Source of the DNA: Alphaproteobacteria bacterium
Lineage (GTDB): Bacteria > Pseudomonadota > Alphaproteobacteria > CAAHEQ01 > UBA3637
DNA length: 64,000 bases
Direction: 5' to 3'
Assembly: GCA_045605805.1 (NCBI GenBank)
Contig: JAZUQR010000008.1
Span: 1-64,000 of the forward strand
The translations under genes and the position numbers were made by a program. Within the stretch, counting starts at the first letter, position 1, and each line of letters begins with the position of its first letter. The notes beneath the pieces are model-generated. The model did no database searches and was not told the origin of the DNA. It saw nothing but the letters and a program-made list of their open reading frames with translations. This document shows, piece after piece, positions 30,307-40,370 of this stretch.

Positions 30307-31464
30307 TTACAATGGATCAACATCTGCCGATAAAAGGTCTGTATAACCTTTGTAAGTGTACATTTGACCCCATTTTTTCTCAGAATTATTCTCAATAATG
30401 CCCAAGTCCATGAGGTGCTTTAAAGATTTAATAACGGTTGGTTTTGTAGAACCAATCATTTTTACGATCTCTGCAACCGTCAACATAGGCTTCTTTTGAA
30501 AGGCTGTAAATACTTTCTGAGCTGATTGAGATGCACGGCCAAGTGTTTTAATTTTTTCACTATCTGCTGAAAAAATATTTTGAATCGCGATAAGTGTTGC
30601 TTTGGCATCATTGGCGGTTTCAATAACACCTTCTAAGAAAAACTTGATCCAATTTTCCCAATCGCCATCTTTACGAACACCGTTTAGGGCATCGTAATAA
30701 AGCGCGCGGTTCTTTTTGAAAAACAAACTCAGATATAAGAAAGGAGAATCTAAAACACCTTTTACACACAAGAAGAATGTTATTAAAAGTCTGCCAAGTC
30801 TTCCATTTCCATCTAAAAACGGGTGAATGGTTTCAAATTGTACATGTATAAGTGCCGCTTTTATCAGATCTGGAATAGTATCTTCATTATTCATGAAAAG
30901 TTCCAAGTCACCTAAAACTGCCATTAGTTTATCCGGAGGAACAGGAACAAATCGAGCATTGCCAGGACGTGTTCCACCAATCCAGTTTTGTGACGAACGA
31001 AATTCGCCCGGCAATTTTGTTTGACCGCGAGAATTTGTGAGAAGAATTTTATGAATTTCTCTGATCAAACGTAAAGACAAAGGAAAACCTTCTTTAATTC
31101 TCTGTAACCCATGGTTTAAGGCCGCAACATAAGATGATACTTCCGATGCATCAGCAACAGGAATACCATGTGTCTGCTCTGATTCATATTTCAAGAGGTC
31201 ATCCAATGTTGATTGAGTTCCCTCAATTTGCGAGGAAAGAACTGCTTCTTTACGGACGTACATATAATTAAGAATAGACGGATCTGCGGCAGTTTCAACG
31301 ACACCGTTTAATTGACCAATAGCTTGGTTAGCTTTTTCAAGCAATACCGAAACTTCTGATAAATCAATATCTGGCTTCGGAGGTAATGGGTTTGGAACAT
31401 AGGCTTGATATGTTTCAGATGTTATTGAACATTTGACTAAAGTGCCTTGAATATCACGTTTCAT
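30307..31464 (-). CDS. Fic family protein (moron inserted in the head operon)
   Basis: HPFLDGNGRLGR Fic motif and SSQIEGT inhibitory motif; opposite strand and AT-richer. Confidence 0.93.
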   Translation of the reverse strand: MKRDIQGTLVKCSITSETYQAYVPNPLPPKPDIDLSEVSVLLEKANQAIGQLNGVVETAADPSILNYMYVRKEAVLSSQIEGTQSTLDDLLKYESEQTHGIPVADASEVSSYVAALNHGLQRIKEGFPLSLRLIREIHKILLTNSRGQTKLPGEFRSSQNWIGGTRPGNARFVPVPPDKLMAVLGDLELFMNNEDTIPDLIKAALIHVQFETIHPFLDGNGRLGRLLITFFLCVKGVLDSPFLYLSLFFKKNRALYYDALNGVRKDGDWENWIKFFLEGVIETANDAKATLIAIQNIFSADSEKIKTLGRASQSAQKVFTAFQKKPMLTVAEIVKMIGSTKPTVIKSLKHLMDLGIIENNSEKKWGQMYTYKGYTDLLSADVDPL

Positions 31465-31602
31465 GGTATCTCCTTTGTTTTAACAAACCTAAATGTATCA
31501 AATTATCCTTTACAAGTCAAGCGGAAAAGTAAAGGTTATTTGATTATCCTTTACTTTTTCAAAAAGAAAGTAAAGGTTTTTAATTTTTTGAAAGGAAAAA
31601 AA

Positions 31603-32715
31603 ATGAAACTCATGCAAAAGACAGTGTGGGCAATAACGCCCGAGATGCTCTCGACAATGATTTCGATAGCGCACCAAACGAACAAGAGCCCTGAGGCCAT
31701 AGCCAAAGAAATGGGCCGCGATATGAAAAACACCTACGCCGTCTCCACTCGAGGCGGCGTTGCTGTTATTCCGGTAACTGGTCCGCTATTCAGACATGCC
31801 AACCTTTTGACGGCGGTCTGTGGCGCGACATCTTATGAACTCTTGGCGCAAGACTTTAACAAAGCCCTGAACGACCCGAACATATCAGCCATTTTATTTG
31901 ATGTGGACAGTCCGGGCGGCGAAGTTAACGGTTGCTCCGAGCTGGCGGATATGATCTACAACGCTCGCGGTAAAAAGCCGATACTTGCTTATGCATCAGG
32001 CTCTTGTTGCTCGGGTGCGTACTGGATCGCCTCGGCTTGCGACAAGATTATGGCGGCTGATACGGCTATCCTCGGTTCTATCGGGGTTGTGTCCATCTTT
32101 GAAAAAGAGGACGAGAAAAAGACCATTGAGATTGTTTCCTCGCAAAGCCCGAACAAGCGGCCGGACGTGGAAACAGAAGAAGGGAAAGCCAAAATCCAGG
32201 CTCATATTGATGCGCTGGCAGAGGTTTTCATCAATAAAGTTGCGATCCACAGGGATATATCGCCGAAAAGTGTCATCGAAAACTTCGGTGGCGGTGATGT
32301 TTTTGTGGGCCAAAATGCTGTTCGGATCGGTCTGGCGGACAGTTTAGCTTCGTTTGAAGCCATCATCTCAGACCTTAACACTCAATCAACGGAGAAATCA
32401 TTCATGAATGATACTTTAGAAAATCAAGCCGTTGACATCAAAGCACAGGAACGCGAGCGTATGTCTCAAGTTCTTTCTGCCGAAAATGTCAAAGGCAAGG
32501 AAGCAACTGCTCAGGCATTGCTTGCCAAGACCGATTTGTCAGCATCTGACATCTTGGCCATTTTAGACACGGTGCCGGTTGCCAAACAAACCAATGCGCT
32601 TGATGTGGCAATGGCACAAATCAAAAACCCGGCGATCACACCATCTGCCGAGGATAAAGAAGAAACACCCGAAGACGTTGCAAACCGCATCGCTTCTTAC
32701 ACAATTGGAGGTTAA
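31603..32715 (+). CDS. S49 family capsid maturation protease/scaffold
   Basis: DVDSPGG, CSGAYWIASA, GSIGV. Confidence 0.92.
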   Translation: MKLMQKTVWAITPEMLSTMISIAHQTNKSPEAIAKEMGRDMKNTYAVSTRGGVAVIPVTGPLFRHANLLTAVCGATSYELLAQDFNKALNDPNISAILFDVDSPGGEVNGCSELADMIYNARGKKPILAYASGSCCSGAYWIASACDKIMAADTAILGSIGVVSIFEKEDEKKTIEIVSSQSPNKRPDVETEEGKAKIQAHIDALAEVFINKVAIHRDISPKSVIENFGGGDVFVGQNAVRIGLADSLASFEAIISDLNTQSTEKSFMNDTLENQAVDIKAQERERMSQVLSAENVKGKEATAQALLAKTDLSASDILAILDTVPVAKQTNALDVAMAQIKNPAITPSAEDKEETPEDVANRIASYTIGG

Positions 32716-32718
32716 CAC

Positions 32719-33069
32719 ATGACTGTACAAGGATTTACGGATCAAGGGTCCACAACCGCCGACAACTTATTGGCCGGCGAATTCCCTCGCGTTTCTGAAC
32801 TTGCCACCATTACCGGCGGCAGTTACACACGAGGCACAGTATTAAAAGCATCAGGTGATGCTTTGACCATCTGTGGTGCATCTGACACTCCTGAAGCCAT
32901 TTTGGCTGAGGCTGTTGATGCAACAAGCGAAGATAAACAAGCCGTCGTCTATTTAACCGGTGAGTTTAACTCCGCGGCTCTGACTGTGGCAAGCGGTGCT
33001 TCCGCTGACGGCTTAAAGGCCAAACTCAGAGCGAAAAACATCTTTATTAAAACAAATCAAGCATACTGA
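32719..33069 (+). CDS. head decoration protein D
   Basis: Position and AILAEAVDAT...VYLTGEFN. Confidence 0.85.
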   Translation: MTVQGFTDQGSTTADNLLAGEFPRVSELATITGGSYTRGTVLKASGDALTICGASDTPEAILAEAVDATSEDKQAVVYLTGEFNSAALTVASGASADGLKAKLRAKNIFIKTNQAY

Positions 33070-33081
33070 AAGGAATAAATA

Positions 33082-34110
33082 ATGGATATTTTTTCTACAA
33101 ACGTGCTCGCAAAAGTCGTTGAACGTTTACACACGCCTTCGTCTTTCTTGCTCGACACCTTCTTCCCGAATGTGCAAACTTCGGATAAAGAAGAGATCTT
33201 TTTTGATGTAACGGACAGCAAGCCGCGCATCTCTCCGTTTGTTTCTCCACTTCTTCCCGGCAAGGTTGTTGATAGCGGTGGTTATCAGACCAAATCATTC
33301 AAGCCGGCTTATGTGAAAGACAAACGCCGCTTTGATGCAAACATTCCATACAAACGCGTTGCCGGTGAGATTATCGGCGGCTCGTTGGCTCCGGCTCAAC
33401 GCTATGAACGCGCTTTGGCCACAACTTTGACCGACCAGTTAGAAAACCTGACCCGTCGTGAAGAAGTCATGGCGGCCGAAATCTTAAGAACCGGACAAGT
33501 GATTGTTTCCGGCGATGGTTATCCGTCAACAACGGTTAACTTCGGTCGTGATGCGGCTCTGACCAAGGCCTTAACCGGTTCTGCCACATGGGAAACATCA
33601 TCGGTTAATCCAGTTGATGACCTGGAAGACTGGGCTGACTTAATCCAAAGCAAGTCCGGTGTGGTTGCTAAAACGGTCGTCATGGATCCTGAAGCTTGGA
33701 AAATCTTCCGCGCAAAGGACGATGTGAAGAAGTTCTTGGATTACCGCAGAGGCACTAATAACACTTTGCATATTGACCCGATCGTTCGTGGTGAGAACTC
33801 CAAAGTACGCTTTGTCGGCTCTATCGGTGACTTTGATATCTATGTTTATAATGACCTTTATATCAATGATGCCGGCGTTGAAAGCAAACTCTTGCCGGCC
33901 AAAACCGTCATCATGGGAGCCAAAGACGGACTTGAAGGAACCCGTTGCTATGGCGCGATCCACGATGAAAAAGCAAACTGGACAGCCCATCGCTACTTTA
34001 CGAAGTCATGGGTTGAGGAAGATCCATCGGTTCGTTGGCTGTTATTGCAGTCTGCGCCTTTGGTCGTTCCTTATCGTCCAAATGCTTCATTCTGTGCAAC
34101 CATTGGTTAG
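33082..34110 (+). CDS. major capsid protein E
   Basis: FLLDTFFP, ISPFVSP, FKPAYVKDK, LLLQSAPL. Confidence 0.95.
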   Translation: MDIFSTNVLAKVVERLHTPSSFLLDTFFPNVQTSDKEEIFFDVTDSKPRISPFVSPLLPGKVVDSGGYQTKSFKPAYVKDKRRFDANIPYKRVAGEIIGGSLAPAQRYERALATTLTDQLENLTRREEVMAAEILRTGQVIVSGDGYPSTTVNFGRDAALTKALTGSATWETSSVNPVDDLEDWADLIQSKSGVVAKTVVMDPEAWKIFRAKDDVKKFLDYRRGTNNTLHIDPIVRGENSKVRFVGSIGDFDIYVYNDLYINDAGVESKLLPAKTVIMGAKDGLEGTRCYGAIHDEKANWTAHRYFTKSWVEEDPSVRWLLLQSAPLVVPYRPNASFCATIG

Positions 34111-34119
34111 GAGGTATAA

Positions 34120-34353
34120 ATGCGTATTAAGGCCTTGATTACATTAGTTGTATCTGCCGGCAGAGAAATTGCTCCCGGTAAGGAGTATGACCTGAACGAA
34201 GCAGATGCAAAAAGTCTGATAGAACGCGGTTTTGCAGTGCCTGTTAAAGGTGGCCAAAAGCCGGCAACACAGCCACAGCAACCACAGAAACCTGATGAAA
34301 CAGGAGGTAAAGATGACCCTTCCTCTCAAAAAGGCGGTGGACAGCCTGTTTAA
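34120..34353 (+). CDS. hypothetical phage protein (gpFI position)
   Basis: AGGAGG RBS after the capsid gene. Confidence 0.6.
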   Translation: MRIKALITLVVSAGREIAPGKEYDLNEADAKSLIERGFAVPVKGGQKPATQPQQPQKPDETGGKDDPSSQKGGGQPV

Positions 34354-34606
34354 TCGGTGCGGAACGATCGGGAATTATCAAGGACGAGAAGTCCTTTTTT
34401 TATTGATTGAACCGGACGAAGTTGTCGGTGTGGGTTTTGTTAAGGCTCACACCGATACGCATTTTATGAAGATACGGATTTCTGATGCGCCTGATTTAGC
34501 TGTCGGGGACACGATAGAAACAGATGCGGCAACTTATCGGGTGCATACGGAACCGGTCAAAGATATTCATAATCTAGTATGGAGTGTTGATGTGCTATGC
34601 AATTAA
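34313..34606 (+). CDS. head-tail joining protein
   Basis: Position; RBS AGGAGG. Confidence 0.65.
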   Translation: MTLPLKKAVDSLFNRCGTIGNYQGREVLFLLIEPDEVVGVGFVKAHTDTHFMKIRISDAPDLAVGDTIETDAATYRVHTEPVKDIHNLVWSVDVLCN

Positions 34607-35172
34607 AACTTGCACTACAAGGGAAACTGTCTGATGTCATGGAAAAGCACTATTCAGAAGGTGCCAAGGCTGTGACGTTAGGAATATCGGCGGCAACGAA
34701 TGGACTTAAAACGTCTTTGCGTGAACAGGTCCGCTCGGCCGGTATGAGTTCCCGCATGGCCAACACTTGGCGCGGTGTCGTCTATCCGAAAGGAAAGCCG
34801 AGTATCAGCGCGGCCGGTCAGGTCTATTCTAATGCCGAAAAGATTATGCAGGGCTTTGAATACGCAAGCATTATCCGAGGCAAAAACGGTCTTTGGCTTG
34901 CCATTCCGACCGATGCAATCCCGAAAAAAGCACGCGGCAAACGCATGACACCGGGTCTTTATGAACAGATGAAAGGCGTGCGGCTACATTTTGTGTATCG
35001 CCGCAACGCCTGTTCTTTACTGGTGCATACCAAAAAGAAAAAGACGGTCATCGCCTTTATCTTGGTGCCGCAGGTCAAAATGCCGAAATTGATTAACTTT
35101 GCAACCGAAAGCGAGCGTTGGCAAGAAAAAGTGCCGAGCTTGATTTTAGAAAACTGGAGCGAAGATGAGTAA
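34597..35172 (+). CDS. DUF6441-like neck/tail protein
   Basis: GLWLAIPT...FILVPQVK. Confidence 0.68.
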   Translation: MQLKLALQGKLSDVMEKHYSEGAKAVTLGISAATNGLKTSLREQVRSAGMSSRMANTWRGVVYPKGKPSISAAGQVYSNAEKIMQGFEYASIIRGKNGLWLAIPTDAIPKKARGKRMTPGLYEQMKGVRLHFVYRRNACSLLVHTKKKKTVIAFILVPQVKMPKLINFATESERWQEKVPSLILENWSEDE

Positions 35173-35590
35173 AAGAGAAATCGTATTAAACGCTTTATTT
35201 GAAAGACTTTCTACACTTGATGTAACCGTTAAGCGAAACGACCTTCTGCCGCAGAAAATTCCTGATGGCGGTTTGGTTATTTTGCGCGATGGTAATGTCG
35301 GTGAGCCTGAGATTTTATTATCCCCGACTTGCTACATTTTCACACACCGGGCCGAATTGGAAGTCATTGTTCAAAAGGAAACACCGGCCGAGCGCGATCA
35401 GGCCTTGGACTGGCTGTTAGTGGAAATCGGTGAGCTTTTACAAGAGGATCCTCGCCTGGGCGGTGAAGTTGATTATATGCACGCGGATCCACCCGAGTTT
35501 GTGGAAGAACCGGTCGAAGGTGGCGTAACCATCAAAGGCGCAATCGTTCACATCGTTTTAGAATATACCTCAATTTCAAACTTAATTTAA
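35165..35590 (+). CDS. tail terminator-like protein
   Basis: GLVILRDG..GEPE..LSP; precedes the tail tube gene. Confidence 0.68.
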   Translation: MSKREIVLNALFERLSTLDVTVKRNDLLPQKIPDGGLVILRDGNVGEPEILLSPTCYIFTHRAELEVIVQKETPAERDQALDWLLVEIGELLQEDPRLGGEVDYMHADPPEFVEEPVEGGVTIKGAIVHIVLEYTSISNLI

Positions 35591-35604
35591 CAAAGGAGAC
35601 AATT

Positions 35605-36546
35605 ATGTCACGAGCATATGGCTGGAATGCCAAATTACTTATTGCTGAAGAAAGCACCTACGGCACTCTTTCTTCGGGACCTTATACCCAAGTGCCGTTT
35701 GCATCAAGCGCAATTGACAGCGAACAAGGGTTGATTTCTTCAAACGTTTTGGGACTTGGCCGCGACCCGACCACTCCGTTCCAAGATGTGATCAATGTTG
35801 AAGGTGACCTGGCTGTTCCGGTTGACCTCAGAAACATCGGAATTTGGCTGAAAGCTGTCTTCGGTACACCCACAACGACGGCAGGAACAGGCTTTGTCAT
35901 GCATACATTTGAAAGCGGAAAGACCTCTTTGCCGAGTTATTCCCTGGAATTAGGCCTAGCCGAAGTTCCGGAATTCATCCGGTTCCTTGGCGCACGTGCC
36001 AATTCTATCGCCTTTAACTTCGCCCGATCCGGTGAAGCACAGGCCACAGTTTCATTAATGGCACAAAGTGAAACCGCCGCTGGAACCTCTATCTCAGAGG
36101 AACCTGTGGTTAAAGATTACACCCGGTTTTCACAGTTCCAAGGCTACATCAAGTCCTTTGGCCAAACGTTGGCTAATGTGACTAGTGCCTCGGTTACCTA
36201 TTCAAATAACCTTGAAAAAATTGAAACGATCCGAAGCGATGGTAAAGTTGAAGCCATTGACCTCGGAGTTGCTTCCTTGTCCGGTTCGATTGCGGTCCGT
36301 TACGGCGATAATGCTCTGATGGATAAAGCGCGCGCCGGAATTCCTATTGATTTGGAACTGGGATATCAACTGTCCAACACACAAAGATTGCTTATCACTT
36401 GCCACGAAGTCTATTTGCCAAAGCCGAAACGTTCTATTTCAGGCCCTGGTGGCATTGAGTGCACTTATGATTTCCAAGGTGCAAAGAATGCGGAACTCGG
36501 CAAAATGGTAACCGTTCAATTGATTAACGATGTGGAGGAATACTAA
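35605..36546 (+). CDS. tail tube protein
   Basis: MSRAYG, LGLGRDP, HTFESG, I.GPGGI motifs. Confidence 0.85.
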   Translation: MSRAYGWNAKLLIAEESTYGTLSSGPYTQVPFASSAIDSEQGLISSNVLGLGRDPTTPFQDVINVEGDLAVPVDLRNIGIWLKAVFGTPTTTAGTGFVMHTFESGKTSLPSYSLELGLAEVPEFIRFLGARANSIAFNFARSGEAQATVSLMAQSETAAGTSISEEPVVKDYTRFSQFQGYIKSFGQTLANVTSASVTYSNNLEKIETIRSDGKVEAIDLGVASLSGSIAVRYGDNALMDKARAGIPIDLELGYQLSNTQRLLITCHEVYLPKPKRSISGPGGIECTYDFQGAKNAELGKMVTVQLINDVEEY

Positions 36547-37082
36547 TGTTAAAGTTGAAGTTTAAGAATGAGCCTTATTGGTTGGATTTGGGAATGGGTG
36601 TCCGGGTTAAAGTCAAACCCTGTACATCTTCGGTCTTTTATGAGGCAAAAGCCTTTATGAATTCTAAGGTAGCCGAGGTAGCAAAACGCTTAAAAGACGT
36701 GCGCGAAAACGGTGCCAAAGATAAAGATTTGCCTGATTTAGAGGACATCACAAAGCGCGAAGCCTATGCAGATCACCAACTGATTTTAGGCCTTGCGCTG
36801 GCGGGCATTATTGAATGGGACGGCATTTTAGAGGCCGACACCGATGAAAAAGCACCGCTGACACCGGCCAAAATTGAGGAACTCTTCACGAACTTTTGGA
36901 GTATCGCCGAAACATTCAGGCAACAGTATTGCGGCATTCAAGAAATACTCGAGGCCGAAAAAAACGCATATACGCCCGAGCAAAGTGGCACTTCGGCTCC
37001 GGGCGAAACTACTGCCAAGGATGCGGTGAAGACGAAATCAACTGTCCCTTCTACAGATGCCGATACGTCGAAACAGCCTTAA
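36546..37082 (+). CDS. tail assembly chaperone (gpG-like)
   Basis: Between tube and tape measure; contains slippery A AAA AAC (EKN). Confidence 0.75.
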   Translation: MLKLKFKNEPYWLDLGMGVRVKVKPCTSSVFYEAKAFMNSKVAEVAKRLKDVRENGAKDKDLPDLEDITKREAYADHQLILGLALAGIIEWDGILEADTDEKAPLTPAKIEELFTNFWSIAETFRQQYCGIQEILEAEKNAYTPEQSGTSAPGETTAKDAVKTKSTVPSTDADTSKQP

Positions 37083-37273
37083 ACACCGTAGAAGGACATC
37101 AGGCTTGGGAGGTTTTGCTTAAACTTTCTGAGCCTGACCTTGGTGTCGCGCTGACGGTGGCAGATAATTTGGGATTAAAAAGTGAAATCATGACGGAGTT
37201 ATTGTCCGTTGGCATACAAGGTATAAAGGCAGGATTAAATGAACACAGCGAAAAAACTTTCAATCAGACTTGA
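36959..37273 (+). CDS. -1 frameshift extension of the tail chaperone (gpGT-like)
   Basis: The -1 frame is open from the slippery site to 37273 and overlaps the tape measure start. Confidence 0.7.
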   Translation, partial: KKRIYARAKWHFGSGRNYCQGCGEDEINCPFYRCRYVETALNTVEGHQAWEVLLKLSEPDLGVALTVADNLGLKSEIMTELLSVGIQGIKAGLNEHSEKTFNQT

Positions 37274-39884
37274 AGCGGTGGGCGGCGACAAGGTCCGGCA
37301 AGAGTTCAAGAACATTGGCTCGGACGGACAAAAAGCCTTTCAGCGGATAACTCAGGTCATCACACCGGCAAACGATAACTTAAAGGTCTTGGACAACACA
37401 GCCAAGGCCTTTAATAATACCCTCAAACAGGCGGCATCGTTGGCCGGAGCATACTTCGGGTTACGCGGACTGACATCAGCATTCAAAGGTATTGTGCAGA
37501 CAAACAAAGAGTTTGAAAGCCTGATTGGGTCCTTAAAAACGGTGACCGGTTCGGCCAAAGGTGCTCAAGAAGCCTTTTCAATGATCGAAAAGTTTGCGCT
37601 GGACACGCCGTATCAGCTGGAAGAGATTATTGAGGCTTTTACCCGGTTAAAGGCACTGGGCCTTGATGCCACATCTGAAGCCTTAACATCATACGGAAAT
37701 ACCGCTTCGGCGTTTGGTAAAAACATCTTGGACTTTACGAATGCTGTCTCTTCGGCGGTGATGCTGAACTTCAAATCGCTCCGTACCTTTGGTATTCAAA
37801 CCCAGGTCGAGGGCGATAAAGTCCGGTTTACATTCCAAGGGATAACGACTACTGTTGGCAAAAGTGCACAAGAAATTGAAGCCTACCTCAAATCCATCGG
37901 CCTTGTGAACTTCGGCGGTGCGATGAAAGAACAAATGGACACGATGGGCGGTGCCATGTCCAACATTCAGGATGCTATCAGCAAACTCATTCGGTCCATT
38001 GGCGAAAACGGTCTGAACAAAGCCTTAAAAGAGACATTTTTGCAGTTTAACGAGTTGTTAGACGGCTCTGGTGAAGCGGCACAAGCCATTGGCCAAACCT
38101 TGGCGGCGGCTGTTAATGTTGCCAGCAAGGCCTTTTTTACAATGGCCAAATACATTGAGCCGATCATCACACTCTTAACCGTCCGGTTGGGCGCGAGCCT
38201 GATTACCAAGGGAATAGACCTGTTAAAAGCAAGTGTTTATGCCTTAAATGTTGCGCTCATGGGAACCGGAACCGCCGGAGCCTCAGCCACGCTTGGCCTT
38301 AAAATGATGTGGCAAGTTTCCAAAGTGGCCGCAGTTCAAATGTATGCAACAGCGGTGGCGGCTAAAGTTTTGGCCGGTGCCGTTGGCCTTTTGAAAGGAA
38401 TAATGGCACTTCTTGGTGGTCCGGCCGGTTTAATTTTGCTTGTCGTTTATGGTCTTTATAAGCTCATTGACAGTCATAATGTGGCCAAACGCGCGGCAAA
38501 GGATCACGCGGACACCCTGGCAAAGCTCAAGGAACAGATGGCCGAAACGGTCAAAGAAACAACCAACCTTGTGAACGCTCAGACCAAAAATCAAGCTATT
38601 GCCGAATGGTCCTATAAGTTAAAGGTGGCCGAAAAGAATATCCGCGATCTGAAGGAAGAATTGAAAGCAACGGGCGGACTTTCCATGTGGGACCGCTACC
38701 GACCGGATTTCTTAATGAAGGAACACGAGATTTTTGCTAAGGAGTTGGCAGAAATTCTAAGCGAGTCAAAGTATAACCTTCAGGAATATGAACGAGAGAT
38801 TTGGAACTTAGCCTCTGAATATCCGGACTTTAAACCACAGGCGGACAAGATCCAAGAAAAACTTTTGCTCTTAAAGGCCGCCGAGATAGATGCACAAAAG
38901 GCTCGTGACGAGTTAAAGTATATTCAAAATCCGGAACTAAGACCTAAAACCGAAACGCCGGAAGCTCTAAAACCACCAGTTCTGCCAAAAACTGACACAT
39001 CAGCTTACGAAAAGACCATTGAGGACATCAAGCAAAAGGTCTTTGAATTGCAGGATCCTTATGATCAGGCCATGCAAAAAGCGGCCAAATGGCGTGATGA
39101 TGCACTTAAAAACTTGGATAAAACCAAAGCCGGCTACGAGGATTTCAAAAACGATGTGAACCGAGTTTATGACGACATGGTCAAAAAAGCCGGTGAAGCC
39201 GCTCTTCAAAGTTCAAAGGACTGGAAGGACGGCGTAACCCGAGGAATGAAGAGTGTTTATGATGATGCCTCGGATATGGCTTCAATGACCGAAAGCCTGG
39301 TTAAAAGTTCGTTCAAGTCAATGGAAGATACACTGACAAACTTTGTTATGACCGGGAAAGCGAACTTTGGAGACTTTGTTAACTCAGTTGTCGAGGGAAT
39401 GGTCCGAATGGCCATGCAATACGCTGTGATCAAACCGATCATGGGTGGCGTGATGGCTTACTTCGGTGTCCCGACAGCACATACAGGAGGTGTCATTGGT
39501 ACGGATACTTTATCTACTAAGGTTATTAGTCCAAGTGTTTTTGAAAATGCTCCCCGTTTTCATACCGGGGGCTTGGTCGGCGGCGAAGTCCCGATTATCG
39601 CGCAAAAAGGTGAAACGGTATTCACGCCGGGACAGATGAAAGCACTCGGAGCTGAACTCAATTCTAAACCGCCGGTTTACGTCAATGTGAATGTTGTCAA
39701 TAAGGCATCAGGCGCAAAAGCAACCGCAAATCCGACACGCGACCTGAACGGAAATGTCAACCTGGACATCATCGTTGAGCAGATCGAAGGTGCCATTGGT
39801 AAAAACATCAGTAAAGGTGAAGGTTTATCGCCTATCTTGGAACAAAGATATGCCTTAAACCCCGCCTATGGGAGTTATAGATGA
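37239..39884 (+). CDS. tail tape measure protein
   Basis: 881 aa, Ala/Gly-rich helical, FALDTPYQL and C-terminal PRFHTGG. Confidence 0.92.
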   Translation: MNTAKKLSIRLEAVGGDKVRQEFKNIGSDGQKAFQRITQVITPANDNLKVLDNTAKAFNNTLKQAASLAGAYFGLRGLTSAFKGIVQTNKEFESLIGSLKTVTGSAKGAQEAFSMIEKFALDTPYQLEEIIEAFTRLKALGLDATSEALTSYGNTASAFGKNILDFTNAVSSAVMLNFKSLRTFGIQTQVEGDKVRFTFQGITTTVGKSAQEIEAYLKSIGLVNFGGAMKEQMDTMGGAMSNIQDAISKLIRSIGENGLNKALKETFLQFNELLDGSGEAAQAIGQTLAAAVNVASKAFFTMAKYIEPIITLLTVRLGASLITKGIDLLKASVYALNVALMGTGTAGASATLGLKMMWQVSKVAAVQMYATAVAAKVLAGAVGLLKGIMALLGGPAGLILLVVYGLYKLIDSHNVAKRAAKDHADTLAKLKEQMAETVKETTNLVNAQTKNQAIAEWSYKLKVAEKNIRDLKEELKATGGLSMWDRYRPDFLMKEHEIFAKELAEILSESKYNLQEYEREIWNLASEYPDFKPQADKIQEKLLLLKAAEIDAQKARDELKYIQNPELRPKTETPEALKPPVLPKTDTSAYEKTIEDIKQKVFELQDPYDQAMQKAAKWRDDALKNLDKTKAGYEDFKNDVNRVYDDMVKKAGEAALQSSKDWKDGVTRGMKSVYDDASDMASMTESLVKSSFKSMEDTLTNFVMTGKANFGDFVNSVVEGMVRMAMQYAVIKPIMGGVMAYFGVPTAHTGGVIGTDTLSTKVISPSVFENAPRFHTGGLVGGEVPIIAQKGETVFTPGQMKALGAELNSKPPVYVNVNVVNKASGAKATANPTRDLNGNVNLDIIVEQIEGAIGKNISKGEGLSPILEQRYALNPAYGSYR

Positions 39885-40357
39885 GCGTTTATTTTCCACC
39901 ACATTTACCTTACCCGACCGTTGAAAACTACTCAATTAAACCGGGTGAAGCAATTATCCGGACAGATATGGAAGCTGGTCCGGCACGTCAAAGGCGGCGT
40001 TACACTCAAACGCCGTCTAAAATTTCTGTGCGTTGGCTGATGAACCCGGACCAATTCTGCATCTTTGAAGCCTGGTATAAATACCATGCCAAAGAAGGTG
40101 GCGAATGGTTCTACATCACACTTTTAGGCGGTATGGGCCTGAGTAACCAAGAGGCCCGCTTTACACAACAATTTGAAGCCAAACTCTTAAACGGCTATTT
40201 GTGGGAAATTACGACCGAGCTTGAAATTCGTGACCGTCCGACTTTGACCGAGGATGCGATGGCGATCGTTATGGATAACGATTACAACAAACTGCTTAAA
40301 ACGTGCGACCGGCTCCATATTTTGGTTCATCGGACGCTTCCAATCAATTTAAATTAA
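39881..40357 (+). CDS. distal tail protein (gpM-like)
   Basis: IRTDMEAGPARQRRRYT...FEAWY. Confidence 0.75.
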   Translation: MSVYFPPHLPYPTVENYSIKPGEAIIRTDMEAGPARQRRRYTQTPSKISVRWLMNPDQFCIFEAWYKYHAKEGGEWFYITLLGGMGLSNQEARFTQQFEAKLLNGYLWEITTELEIRDRPTLTEDAMAIVMDNDYNKLLKTCDRLHILVHRTLPINLN

Positions 40358-40370
40358 GAAAGGACACAAA

